A stretch of DNA of 64,000 nucleotides from Phoronis australis (lineage: Eukaryota; Animalia; Phoronida): contig NMRA01000060.1 of assembly GCA_002633005.1 (NCBI GenBank), positions 1,159,463 to 1,223,462 of the forward strand, written 5' to 3'. The position numbers and the translations under genes are program-made. Positions 40,395-52,385 of the stretch are shown here, piece by piece (positions within the stretch are counted from its first letter, which is position 1; every line of letters begins with the position of its first letter). The notes under the pieces were generated by a model. The model did no database searches, was not told where the DNA came from, and saw only the letters and a list, made by a program, of their open reading frames with translations.

Positions 40395-41663
40395 GTGAGA
40401 CAGTTGTTTGAATCTCAAGTTCAGGTTTGATAAGTTGTAATAAGCTTTGCAGTTTTTACTCAGTTTTCTAAGTTTTAAAGTGCTTAAAACCGTCAATTTC
40501 AAATAAAACACCGAAAAATCAACTCCACCAGTCGATTAACTCCTGACGATATTTTAATCAGCTGATCTTGAGTTATGAGTATTTATTGGTCAATACATAC
40601 TACTTAAAATTAGAACAATCAATCGCAGCTCTAGTCCTCCTCCATTGTGCGTAGTGTAAAAAGTCATCAGATGTTGCTGCTCGCTTTCTCATAGTTATGA
40701 TATAATAAGGAATGTTAAGGTGTTGTGTTTGTGTGGATTGTGACAGCTTAGCATTTGACCATACTGCATGTACTGCGGCTCTTTTCACTTTGACGGGGGA
40801 TATCGGAGAAGCATGGATATTTCACAAGTTAGTATGTGAAAACTCAAGTGTTGGTGGACATGACGCACTTACGCTGGGTACACTAATATGTAACACCTAT
40901 GTTTGTGGACCTAAGACACTTTCAGTTGAAGTCGCCTTTCTTAATATATTTTCTCGTTTTTTGAATTCATGATTGTGATATTATGGTGGCATTGTTGTCT
41001 CTTGTCAAAATAAGGTAAATGGTGGTTTTAAGCACTTTAATGGTCTGGATAATCAGCCGCACTTCACATATTCGGTCTTTGTTTTGGCTATTAGAATGCC
41101 CCTTTTTAGTAATTTTACTTGTTCATGGCTGTGAATACAGAGGTGCTTGACTTTTTGATTGTGGTGCAGCACTGAAAAATTAATAAAATAGCCGTCCTTT
41201 TAGAAAGTGACACGAAAAAAGGGACGATTGAATTGAAAGTCACCATTTGCAGAGCTATGTTTGACATCACCATTTTGTTCCTACTCCCAAATGTATTCTT
41301 GTTATCATGGTTTATTCTAGTCACATCATCCCCTGTGTGTTTCTTTACCTCTCAAAGATATCCCTTTCATTAAGGACCACATTGGAAAAGGGGCCGTTTC
41401 ATACAGAACTGTTAAACGAAAAACACCCATGTGAGCAGTACTTCGTGTATGCAGTCTCTTCAGGGTTACCCTCGGGGTATGAAATGGGCCCCTGGCTTCT
41501 AAGTAATAGACAATGGCAATAGTCACCCACAGATGTCCTGCATTTTGAGAACTAGTTTGACCCCTGTTATTCAGTGAGAAAAGTGGTTGTGAATATGCAA
41601 GACCCTGTAGGTGACTGTTACTTAAACAATACACAAACATGAGATGATAATGGTGTCTTACAG

Positions 41664-41838
41664 TGCTGTGCATCTGGTGCGTCACCGTGAGACGCGACAG
41701 AGGTTTGCTCTGAAGAAGATCCTCAAGAATGTTCTTGTCCTGCGCAACCAGGTGGAGCAGGCATTTGCTGAGAGGGACATACTGACATTCACGGACAATC
41801 CATTTGTTGTCAGTCTCTACTGCACATTCGAAACTAAG
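41664..41838 (+). CDS. MAST: MAST exon 12 (kinase subdomains I-IV, FALKK...[14 protein letters not shown])
   Basis: Catalytic Lys and alphaC Glu present; phase 2->0. Confidence 0.98.
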
Positions 41839-42528
41839 GTAGGCAGGCAGTGTTGAGATGAACAACGCATATAAGAAATAGGTCATTTTAGGCTGTGTTG
41901 TACATGGCAAAAATAAACAAACTAGGAATTCCCTGTCATGACGGCTTAGCGAAAGGCGGAATTTGCCTTCAGGGTAGCTTGAAGGAGCCTTCATGATGGG
42001 GGAAATGGTATTTTTTATTACTTTTGATGTGTGCTATATATACTGTCTCAACATCCAATTTTGCTGTTGCTTTATCATGCATTTTAAGAAACTAGTTTGT
42101 GATGATGACTTGGGTATTATTGTTGCTACGACCCCTAGTGGTCATTTAATTTTATGATGGCACAAGTTGAGATGTGTGTGTGTGTGTGCGTGTCATATTA
42201 TCTAAATTCACAAGCATATTGTTTTGATTTATGCAAATGACGTCTTTAAATATTGTTTTGTTATCAATTGCCATTTTCCAGTTGCCTTTTAGTTTCACAT
42301 TTTGTCTTTTAATTTTAATGTCAGTTATGATTAATTAATGGGACTAATTTGTTCTCTTAGGCGAGGTAGCTTTCACATTTTGAGGCCTGAAAAATCCCAG
42401 TGGTTAAGATCAGTAATTCTGGTACTAAGTTACCACACAACTCTTAAATGTAGTTTCCGATGCAACTAAAGACTCTTTAACATGTCATTTCATTGCCCAT
42501 GTCTGTTCAAAGTTTGTTCTCCTCTCAG

Positions 42529-42701
42529 AAACACCTGTGCATGGTGCTAGAGTACGTGGAGGGAGGCGACTGCGCCACCTTGCTGAAGAACATGGGACCA
42601 CTTCCTGTCGATATGTCTAGGATGTACTTTGCCGAGGCAGTGCTGGCTTTGGAATACATTCACAACTATGGCATTGTGCACAGGGATCTCAAGCCTGACA
42701 A
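42529..42701 (+). CDS. MAST: MAST exon 13 ([13 protein letters not shown]...HRDLKPD)
   Basis: HRD catalytic loop; phase 0->2. Confidence 0.98.
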
Positions 42702-43414
42702 GTATGTATTGCATGAATATGACGTTAACTGAAAGAACTGCTGCTTTCCCTTTCAATAATTGCATTGATCGTTGAATTTTTGGATATGCCCAATGGATTG
42801 TGGGATATCACCCTCTTCACAGCAGATGAAAGTTCCAGCCTCTAAGTGACAAGAATACAGAATTTTCCCTAAAGTTGTTATTTTAGGCATTTGGATGCGG
42901 AATGTAAAAAGGTCCATTGCAGACCATTCACACACACGTTCTGAGCCTGATGAGTATGGTGTCGTACATTCGCGATCTGTCTTCAATTTAAGTTGTGACG
43001 CTATTTTCGTGTTGTGGGAAAAGGTTAAAAAAATAGACACGATTGTTCTGCTTTTTTGTCGTGTAAATTCGCAATCAGGTAACAACTTGAGAGCGGGGGA
43101 GGAATGGCGTGGAAACCGACTAAGTGGTGTAGAAGTAATGCACGTGCCCACTGGACCGTGTCACATTCATGGCATCTTTGTGGCGAAAGTGTCCCCAGCC
43201 GGTTTTGTTATAGTAATCGGACAGATTTAAGTGAGAAAGAGTTTCCAGTGAAATGACCTCAGCCATAACTACTTGCATTGCTCAGTGTTTTGTAAAATGC
43301 CTGACAGTTATTGCTAAATCAAACACACATAAACGATATCTCAGACACGAGGTGTGTTGTTGCTGAGTACACACTGTGTTTGCATTGTGCTCACACGATT
43401 TCTTCTCATTTCAG

Positions 43415-43485
43415 TTTGCTCATTACATCACTGGGTCACATCAAGCTGACTGATTTTGGCTTATCAAAGATGGGCCTCATGAATT
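43415..43485 (+). CDS. MAST: MAST exon 14 (NLLITSLGHIKLTDFGLSKMGLMN)
   Basis: DFG motif; phase 2->1. Confidence 0.98.
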
Positions 43486-43689
43486 GTGAGTAAAGTTCCC
43501 TGTTCAAATATCTTCTAATTTAGGGGTATTTAGATTATGTAGATGACAATTTTAATATGGCTGTTATGTGCATGAGCCACGTCTGCCAAAAATGTGAGGA
43601 GTACAGGCAGCGATTACAGTAACAGTCATCTCTATTCTCCAGTCGCCAGTAAAAAGAAGCTGGGCGTAAATATAAGTATTAAACTTAAG

Positions 43690-43953
43690 AGTACAAGCCA
43701 AAAGTTTTCAGACAAAATGACCCTGGACTCCCTGTCATGATGACTAGGCTGAAGTCTAATTCTTCGTCAGAGTTGTCTCCCCTGATGACTGAGAATGAAG
43801 AGGAATTAACAGGAAAGTTACTAGGTGACTAAGCCATTCTGTAATTATACTATTCCCGCCATGATAGTCATTTCTAACCATTTTTGTTGTTATCAGTGAT
43901 AGCAGTCACAACGGGAAAATGGTATTTTGTCTGATTACTATTGTCTTGTACTG
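43690..43953. mobile_element. MITE (same family as 695-924)
   Basis: agtacaagccaaaagttttcagacaaaat ... attttgtctgattactattgtcttgtactg; shared internal agaatgaagaggaat. Confidence 0.75.
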
Positions 43954-44180
43954 TGTCTATGGTTTGTGCTATTCATATCCCAAGGGTGAGGATTACTCAG
44001 AATTTACCATTGGGAAATGGTACTGTAGCTGGTAATGAACATTAATGCTGCTAGCACTTCTTTACTCTGTTGTATTGTATGTAAGTACACTAATATGTCG
44101 CAGTTTTATTGATTATTGTAAAGCATTTGGCAAAAAAGGACCATAACTTTTATTATATTGGATTTTGTGTCTCATTTCAG

Positions 44181-44297
44181 TAACCACAAACCTGTATGAA
44201 AAGTCTTTGGATCGTGACTGCAAGCAGTTTAGAGACAAGACAGTCTTTGGCACTCCAGAATACATCGCACCTGAAGTGATCCTACGTCAAGGCTATG
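44181..44297 (+). CDS. MAST: MAST exon 15 (activation segment, LTTNLYE...[21 protein letters not shown])
   Basis: GTPEYIAPE; phase 1->1; not in the ORF track. Confidence 0.98.
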
Positions 44298-44910
44298 GTA
44301 ATGGTTAACACAGACATAATAAAAGCAAATCCCATTTACGGATTGTCAAAAGAACTACGGCTTCTCATATGTGTAGCACTATATGTAGCGGTATATTAAT
44401 TCATTCTTTGTAAAAATTACAAATTATGATTATCTGTGACACATGTGGTTCATTGTAATTCTCCACCTGTTTGGTATGTATGGTACAAAAAAGGACATTT
44501 TATTGTCAAATTTCACAGGAAATTCCACCACTAACTGTGGATTGTACTGTACAGCTGGCTCAGAAATTTGGACAATATTTGAATATCTGCATTCTGCCAT
44601 CAAAAATAGGAAAATTAGTAGAATTTTGGTACAGTAAAGTTTCCTTATATTCAAACACAAATAATGGCCGAAATTGTCATTGTTTCTCATTACCAAGGCT
44701 TTGCCAGAAATGCTCAAAATTCACTAAAACGTGTTTTTGTTGATGACAGCCATACTATATAAAGTTTTCAATAGTGAAGTAATTAAAAATTGTCTTCTTG
44801 TTGAAAATTTTGATTAAATTTAATTTCACTGTTCATCCACATTGTGTTCTAATTCGACGAAACTTTACGCTAATTATTTTTGTGCTCATTGTGCACTGCT
44901 GCTCCCTCAG

Positions 44911-45021
44911 GTAAGCCCGTTGACTGGTGGGCCATGGGCATCATTCTGTACGAGTTCCTGATTGGCTGTGTGCCGTTCTTTGGAGATACACCTGAGGAAC
45001 TTTTCTCACAGGTCATCAATG
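44911..45021 (+). CDS. MAST: MAST exon 16 ([32 protein letters not shown])
   Basis: DWW subdomain IX; phase 1->1. Confidence 0.98.
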
Positions 45022-45481
45022 GTAAGTTGGTTGAACTGCCGTCATCGTACACTCTCGTGTTGACTGGGGCAAAAGAATGCAATTCTAATCGTTTAGTTAT
45101 TAAAGCCGGTAAAGTGCTTTGAATCATAGAGATGTTTCTGTAACTCCATCTACTGTTCAACCAGGGCACCAGTCTGGTTTTCGACTAATTGCATGTATGT
45201 GGTGTGATTTTCGCCAGCAAACTTTCCGAGGTCAATCCCGAGCTGTAATGCACTGCCAGTTTTCTGAAGCCCGCAACCCATTTCTAAGCTTCGTAAGGAA
45301 CGCATCAGCACCAATTTTATAGTGTTGTATGATGCTTTGATATCGAGCGTTTTTGCGGATAAGTGTTTCTTGCCATTGGAATAAGAATAAAAAATTATGA
45401 AAAATATAAACAATTAGTTTAAGAAGTACCAGTTCAAACTTTATGTATCAGTTTTACTTGCATCTGATTACACTGTTACAG

Positions 45482-45709
45482 AGGACGTGGAGTGGCCAGA
45501 TGAGGAGTATGGTGTCCCTCCTGACGAGGCCAAGGATCTAATCGCTTGCCTCTTGAGACAGAATCCCATAGAGAGGCTGGGCACAGGTGGCGCCGGTGAG
45601 GTGAAGGCTCACGAGTTCTTCCAAGGCCTCGACTGGGCCACATTGCTACGGCAGAAAGCAGAGTTTGTGCCGCAGCTGGATAATGAAGAGGACACCAGCT
45701 ACTTTGACA
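45482..45709 (+). CDS. MAST: MAST exon 17 (kinase end + AGC C-terminal, LLRQKAEFVPQL..EDTSYFD)
   Basis: AGC tail DTSYFD; phase 1->1. Confidence 0.97.
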
Positions 45710-46126
45710 GTAAGCACTAGCCTGGTGGTTGAGATAGATGTAGTGTGTATTATGCGTTATTTTAACTAAGTCTTGGTATGTTGATGGGTGTTTAAATAGT
45801 ATGACTATTACCTTGGGATTTGCAATTTCACACACTGGTGAATGTCATATTGTTTTGATTAAATTTTGAAACAGTCACAGAAAATAGGCAAGTTACACAT
45901 AGTCTAGTTTTTTATGGTTAGTGGTTTGAATGGAGCTGTTATTTTTGACTTAAGAAACCCCTTATTTTATGTTACTTTGAAGTTGGCCAATTTTGACTTG
46001 CCAAAGTAACGTTCAATATATCTTCAAGTTGGAATTACCTTCTTCAATACAAAACCTGACTATTTATTGGTCAGACCAGTTATTCAGGCTTGCTTGTTTT
46101 ACTGATGCGGATTCTACTGTTTATAG

Positions 46127-46263
46127 CGCGCACTGACCGCTTCTGTCATGACGTAGAAGGCGAAGATACTGAGGACGACGCTGATGACATCATGTTTCAC
46201 AGCTTCTCGTCCATGTCGCCACGATACAGTCGGGTCTATGACAAGTTCGTGGAGATGAGAGAG
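46127..46263 (+). CDS. MAST: MAST exon 18 (hydrophobic-motif region, FHSFSSMSPRYSRVY)
   Basis: FSSxSPRxSxVY motif; phase 1->0. Confidence 0.93.
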
Positions 46264-46734
46264 GTGGGCTCGCTTAGTGCTGACTTGGTCAACTTTGTTT
46301 CATTCATACATTTTTCATATGTAGCATAGTATCCATTCAATTTAAAGCCCCAGCCATTTAAATGGAGAAACTCAAAAAATCAGAGGGAGTAGTCATGCTG
46401 ATTACATATCAGAAACATGGAATTCTTATGTGAAGGTGTTGTACATTCGGGAATGGAACTTAACTGTTATGGTATGCCTTCACTTCCCATCTGTGTGAGG
46501 TACAATCTTTGTACCCTGAACTGATGTTTCCCATTCTGGTTCTGTATGAAGAGTCTGTTATTCTATGCTTTTGCATTATGGCTTGCGCGGATAACTGTCT
46601 AATCCTAGTGCGCTGTTGATGACCCCAGTATTGAAGCTGTATGGTGGGTGAATTGAGGCGTGAAATGAACGGCAGATTCATGAGCAGGATCTTTTAAAAA
46701 ACATTGTGTATATTTTGTTCAATTCTCTGTTCAG

Positions 46735-46973
46735 GGTGGAAGCTCAAAGGAGGCGAGTCCCAACAAGATGACAGTAAAACGCATGGACTCTGGCGGGTCG
46801 TCGTGTTCTGAGACGTCACGGCGAGACAGCATGAGCTCTGTGGAAACTCTGTCACGGAAGACGAGCGAAAGTTCCCAGGATCCGATGTCGAGGAGGTCAA
46901 GTCAAATAGACCAGGAGATGGGAGTCAGCAAGCTGGTGCTAGATGAAGAGGAAGTATTCAGCTCACCAGATGT
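46735..46973 (+). CDS. MAST: MAST exon 19 (Ser-rich linker)
   Basis: gttcag| ... GT|GTAAGT, open frame, phase 0->2. Confidence 0.85.
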
Positions 46974-47785
46974 GTAAGTGCTTGCACCTAGTGCTCAAGA
47001 CAAGCCTCTAGCCAGCCAGTAGCATTGTATCGGATTTATCTCCCCGCTTTTACTGGGAGATAACTGGGTAGAGTTCAGTAACATTAATAGGACCTAGCTA
47101 GGACCTGGGTAGAAAAAGCAAGACTGTGGGAGATTACACGAGATATTGCCGTGTATTTTAAATGAGAGCACGTGATTTTGGCTTGGTTTTTCTCTACCCT
47201 GCTTTTTGATACTCTGTTTTCAAAATGTTGGTCTCTAACACACTTTGAGCGAAGTTGGACCATAGGGTGCTCACTCACAGATAATGGTCCATCTTGTTTG
47301 TTTTGTTGTGTTAACATTATGACTCATTTTGAAACTAAACCTTGACTGGTATTAGTACTGTGAATGTTGTAACAATCTGTATGTAACAGTGATTATAATT
47401 ACAGCAGCATTGGATAACAGCTGGATAAGTGCCGGATGAATTTGTCACTGGGCCTGAATAGTCAGTCAGAGTGGCGCCACCTATGGTGGTTTTGAAATTT
47501 CCTTTAGTCTTTACTGGTAAAAAAAATCATTAAGCATTTCAGATACTTTTACAGTTGAATTGCACATCAACCAACCTGTTTTATAATATTTGCTTGCTAA
47601 ATAATGTTTCACCCCACTGGTCCCAACTCAACCATACCACGTTCTGATTTACATTGTTGCAGCCAACTTCAGTGATGAAAACATTTTTAGCAAAGTTCCT
47701 AGGAGAGTTTTGTTGTAACACAATTCAATTGTAATAGTTTGTTGTTGTGTTTGCTTTCATTTAACATTTAATTTTCAAATTCCAG

Positions 47786-47946
47786 AACTCCGCGTTCAGT
47801 CGTCAGTTCAAGCACGCCAGAGTCATCACAGACGGAGAGTGACGTCTCTCCTGTGATGCTGAGAAAACAGCGCAATGCACAACAACAGGTGGCGTCTAAG
47901 GACATACCTACAGTGAGCGTCTCGACTGATGCCACACCAATCAAAG
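47786..47946 (+). CDS. MAST: MAST exon 20 (STPESSQTESDVSP linker)
   Basis: ttccag| ... G|GTCAGT, open frame, phase 2->1; not in the ORF track. Confidence 0.87.
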
Positions 47947-49234
47947 GTCAGTTTAAAGAACCAACTTTGTAAGGATAGAACTTTTTGAATGAATTTTCAC
48001 TTATATTACACTCAATATGGCATTGTAATCATGTTAGATTGTCAAATTTCTTGATAACCATGGATATTAAAAACTTGGCTTTCTTGTTTGGTTCATTTGT
48101 GCTGTAGAAAGGTACTGGACTCTTTTGGAAATGTCCATTTTCCCGGAAGTGATTTGGCGGCTACAAAAAGTTGACCTGGGGGCTCTTACGGAAAAAAGTG
48201 GTGGGACACTTTCCGAAACTTGTATTGCTTACCACAGCGCCCTCATTCAGCAGTGGGATTTAAATGTGTTGTAATAGGGATCAATTGACTGCATTGGAGA
48301 TTAGAAAACTCCAGTCAGTGATGTTGGCATTGGAGGTGGTGATTTGTTTCCATCCGACAAGCCATTTAAAGGGTCTTAAGTTTTGTGATTATTGTTGGAT
48401 GGAATAGACTTCTTGAAGTTATTAGGTTTGACCGAAGCTATTAAATGTTACAATCCATTATGATGTTGAGGTCTTATTTCAATTGGCCAGTTCTCATCGT
48501 TGTCTTCCAGACATTCGTTGAAATGAAGGCTGGCAACCAGTTAGTCTGCTTAAAATAGTCTGCCATTGAGTGAGAACAGTTTGTCTTAGACCTTGGGTTC
48601 GATTCCACACTGAGTCTGGTCTCAAAAAATCCCTTCTTTCCAAATCAGAACAGTTTTGATTGATTCGCACTTTTAGATAATTCAGTGGTGATTAAGGATG
48701 CGCCATCACAGTGTAAATGGCTTGTTTTTGTGCTTTTTGATCAGTGGTGGAAAGGTAACCATAAAGTGTAACATGAGTTGAAGAAACCCTGATCATGGAC
48801 TTAGTGAAAGTCCAGCCATGTTGGCCATAAGAGCAGTCCGGCAACGCTGTCATTGAGAAGTCATCAATATACTTGAAATATTCCGAATGTCCTTTTCAAG
48901 AACTGATATTGAAAAGATTGTTACATTTTTCCGTACATTCAAATGGAAAGCGATCCTGAAAAGCCGTTCTTGGGTCTCTTTTGATCCTTGTTTCCCAAAG
49001 AGTGCCTATGGGGACTTTTTGTTGGTATTGGGTTTATCAAAAATAATCAAGTCAGCCTTTGAAAAGGTTTTTGTAAAAACAGCTTAAGAGTTACTGTACT
49101 TTAAATGAATTATGGTAAATTGTAAAGTATTTGTTTATTCGAACCTTAATTTTTACATGCCTGTTAATTCCCAATGTAACTGTTTTTGTCCTACAATTTA
49201 TAGTGTTTTGACTTATTACACTTTCATTTTTCAG

Positions 49235-49735
49235 AATTGTCTCCCGTGTGTGAAGCCAAGGCCAAAGAAGCCAGTGCTGAACGCGATATCGACAAGAAAC
49301 CGCCACAAGAGGTCGTCATTGTGCGTATGCGTGAGAAGAAACCCAGCAATGTGTCGACTCACCAACCACTGCTCAAACAAACTGTGATGAAGGACATCAA
49401 ACCCATTGAAGCTGAGCTTGGCAAGCAGCGGCCAGCGTTCGACAAGCGGGCATTACTGAGGGACCCCATCATGGCGTCACCTCGCCACCGCCATCTGTCC
49501 TCGCCTGGTCTCCGCCGTCGTAGTTCCCGTGGCAAGGGTGACCAAAAGGAGTCTGGAGACATGACCTCTGACACCAAATTCTTCATCCCGACCTCGACTG
49601 TGGATTCCCTTATAGGTCATGGTTGCACAGAGGGGGAGGAGTCTCGTGTGAAGGTCATCCAGGGGGGAGTGCTGAGGTCCTCATTCCAGAAGTCGGCCTC
49701 CGCCACTCAGCTGTCCCTTCTTATACCCCCTTCAG
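49235..49735 (+). CDS. MAST: MAST exon 21 (linker ending KSASATQLSLLIP)
   Basis: MAST motif KSASATxLSLLIP; phase 1->1. Confidence 0.92.
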
Positions 49736-50219
49736 GTAGGCATGGTGGTGTAGTCTCCAAGGGTGTTCCTGTTCTGTCCATTAATAGGAGCGTGCTACTT
49801 GACTGAGCCACTTTTGGCTCTGGGTTGTCCATCACATTTTCAAAAGCATACATTGCAGGCTATTTTTGGAAGATCCTCTCTAAAAATGAGGATGTACTTC
49901 AGCTATGGATTACTTCTATCAAGTAACGCCGTTTATGCGCCCAAAAAAATTGTGATTGCATATAGTCAACATTTGGTACTTCTGTCATTACCTTTGGTTG
50001 TTAGTTGATATTCGTGAAATCCGGTTGACGGATCGTGTTGAAATGTGTCACGGAGTTATGTGGCGGGGATGCTCCGTGGCTCCCCTGTTGGCTGTTTTAG
50101 CTTAATGACTAGAACAATTTGTGATGGTTTTCCTGTCTGTGTAATTCTGCATGTTTCTCATAAAAATTTAATTGCATGTTATAAATTGTTCTTTAAGCAG
50201 TAAATATCTCCAATTCCAG

Positions 50220-50428
50220 AAGACTTCTTGCCCCAGCCACTTCCGTCGCCAGCATCGAGCACCAGCTCTCGAGACACGTCTCCTTCCAGGGAGTTATCTC
50301 CCCTGGTCCAGTGCCTTAAGCCACCAATCATCATTAGGCGAGGTCCTCGTGGCTATGGTTTCACTCTGCGTGCTATTCGAGTGTACATGGGAGATTCAGA
50401 TTACTACACCCTTCAACATCTAGTTGTT
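50220..50428 (+). CDS. MAST: MAST exon 22 (SSRDTSPSR + PDZ N-half, PPIIIRRGPRGYGFTLRAIRVYMGDSD)
   Basis: MAST PDZ signature GFTLRAIRVY; phase 1->0. Confidence 0.97.
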
Positions 50429-51425
50429 GTAAGTACATGGCACAGTGATCAGGTAAAATCTCACCAATTTAGAACACATTATGGCCAACAACAGAAATTT
50501 GTTTTCGCAGTTTTCCATGACAAATGCATGGCATCGAATTAATGCTTTCCCTATTCGGTTTCTGTCTCACAATTGACCTATCGCAAGCTCCGCCCCATTG
50601 CGAAAAGTCGACAAACAAACAATAACTTTTACCCGGCAACATGTTGTTTGCTTGGAAACAAAGGTGTGTTAAGAATGCTGTGTTCTGATTGGTCAGTAAC
50701 CACCTGGAAATTTCGGGCATTCGCAACATTGTTAGAAGCCCTTATTTCATGAGAAAAGGTAATTTTTTGTATTTATTTTTGCCCAAAATTTGTACGATGT
50801 TACTGTCATTGGGATTTGGCTTGATGTTTGGTGTAGTAGGTTGGTGAACTGTTATCATGGGTGGCATGGAGTTAGCATATGGCAGCTGTGGGTATTATAT
50901 TAAAGTCTTGCCCATTTAGGGCACAATATAGTGGCAGATCTGTAATGGCGTACAGGGGGAGGGGGACCACATCTGGAATTTAGCGAAATTAGTAATTGAT
51001 CAAATCATACCTTGTTAAGCAGGACCATGACATTGTTGTCAGTTTCTAACAGTTGTTTTCAATATGTTGGTTGAATTTGGTTGGAATTTGTGTGGTTTTG
51101 TTGAAGCTATGGTGAAAACCTAATAGTAAAGCAGAGGATTTTTCTAAATCATTTAAAACTTAGATGAAAATTTTTGCTTTATTGAAGTTTCACTGCTTTT
51201 TTATGAGAAGAGATCTGAATCGTCACCATTTTGTAAATCGCTGTTAGTTTTAAACAGATTTCATTCAACAATGCAGGAGAAATCATTTTGTGGATTATTC
51301 CAATCAATTTTGTGACTGCCTCAAACCCAACACTTTTGCTAGTGCAAAACATAGCAGTAAGATGTTTTTACCCTCGAGTTCCTTTTCCATTGTGATTAGT
51401 GGTGGATTCTTTGACTTTCTTTTAG

Positions 51426-52385
51426 GCTGTTGAGCCAGGCTCTCCTGCCTTTGAAGCTGGCCTGCGTTCTGGATACCTGATTTCCCACGTCAACAATGAG
51501 CCAGTGCAAGGTATGCTGCATACACAGGTAGTCAAACTCATCCTCTCTGGTGGAAATAGACTCACGTTAAGAGCCGTACCATTGGAGAACACATCCATCA
51601 AGTCGAATGGCCGAAAGCGAAATCCTGCCCAGGGCAAAATGACTCGAAACAGCAGCAAGAAGAAACACTCTAGGGAGCGCAGCAGCGAGAAACGAAAAGG
51701 CAAGTCACTCTTGAGGAAACTCAGCAGTCGTAAAGCTGAACAGGCACTGCAGTCTCAGATGACTATTCCAGCTCGAGCTGTGCTAGCTCGGTCACTATCG
51801 TCCAGTGACAGCCTGCCAGACTCGCCCACACTGACCAAGTCACCGCGGTCCCCTCCTGGCAGGCCGACCTGGTCGCCAGAATCGTCTATGTCGGCGCATT
51901 CTTCAATGAGTAGCTCACCCTCCTCCAGTGTACCTAACTCACCTGTGAGCCCTACCCAGCTGAATCGGCCGAGTTCTCTTCACGGACTCCGCAATAAGCT
52001 GGCTAGTATTAAATCACCACACCGCAGGAAGTCTGTACACAACATCCCCCTTTCGCCGCTGGCTAGAACCCCTTCGCCGTCACCAATGGCGTTGTCGCCA
52101 ACACGGAGTCCATCACCTCTAGTCATCGAGGGTCATGTCCACGGGGCGTCACACAACCCTCAGCATACTTACCCTAACCATCTCAACACCACGCCCATCT
52201 CGCAGGCGCAACAAGCCATGAGGAAGTCGCTGTCACGGCCCCGATCATGTGAACCTGGTTCGCCCCTGTTGAGAAGAGCTCTCTCCCCGGACAGATTGCA
52301 TCCCAGCTCAGCAGAGAAACCACCTACGACTCCCGTGCGAAAGGGTTCGTGGCACGGGAAACGCGACCTCGGAGATTCATTGTAA
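51426..52385 (+). CDS. MAST: MAST exon 23 (PDZ C-half + Ser/Pro-rich tail to TAA)
   Basis: PLENTSIK, RPSSLHGL, RRKSVHNIPLSPLARTPSP motifs; stop 52383-52385. Confidence 0.96.
   Translation, partial: AVEPGSPAFEAGLRSGYLISHVNNEPVQGMLHTQVVKLILSGGNRLTLRAVPLENTSIKSNGRKRNPAQGKMTRNSSKKKHSRERSSEKRKGKSLLRKLSSRKAEQALQSQMTIPARAVLARSLSSSDSLPDSPTLTKSPRSPPGRPTWSPESSMSAHSSMSSSPSSSVPNSPVSPTQLNRPSSLHGLRNKLASIKSPHRRKSVHNIPLSPLARTPSPSPMALSPTRSPSPLVIEGHVHGASHNPQHTYPNHLNTTPISQAQQAMRKSLSRPRSCEPGSPLLRRALSPDRLHPSSAEKPPTTPVRKGSWHGKRDLGDSL

Noticed and set aside
41326-41994. 222-aa minus-strand ORF antisense to exon 12
   Set aside because: No recognisable motifs; starts within a MITE and spans intronic sequence; likely a chance or shadow ORF
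47655-47700. Possible extra exon after tgttgcag in intron 19
   Set aside because: In the required phase 2 it hits TGA within four codons and has no good donor
48596-48606. Pol III B-box GGTTCGATTCC suggesting a tRNA
   Set aside because: No cloverleaf or clear A-box; at most a SINE head remnant
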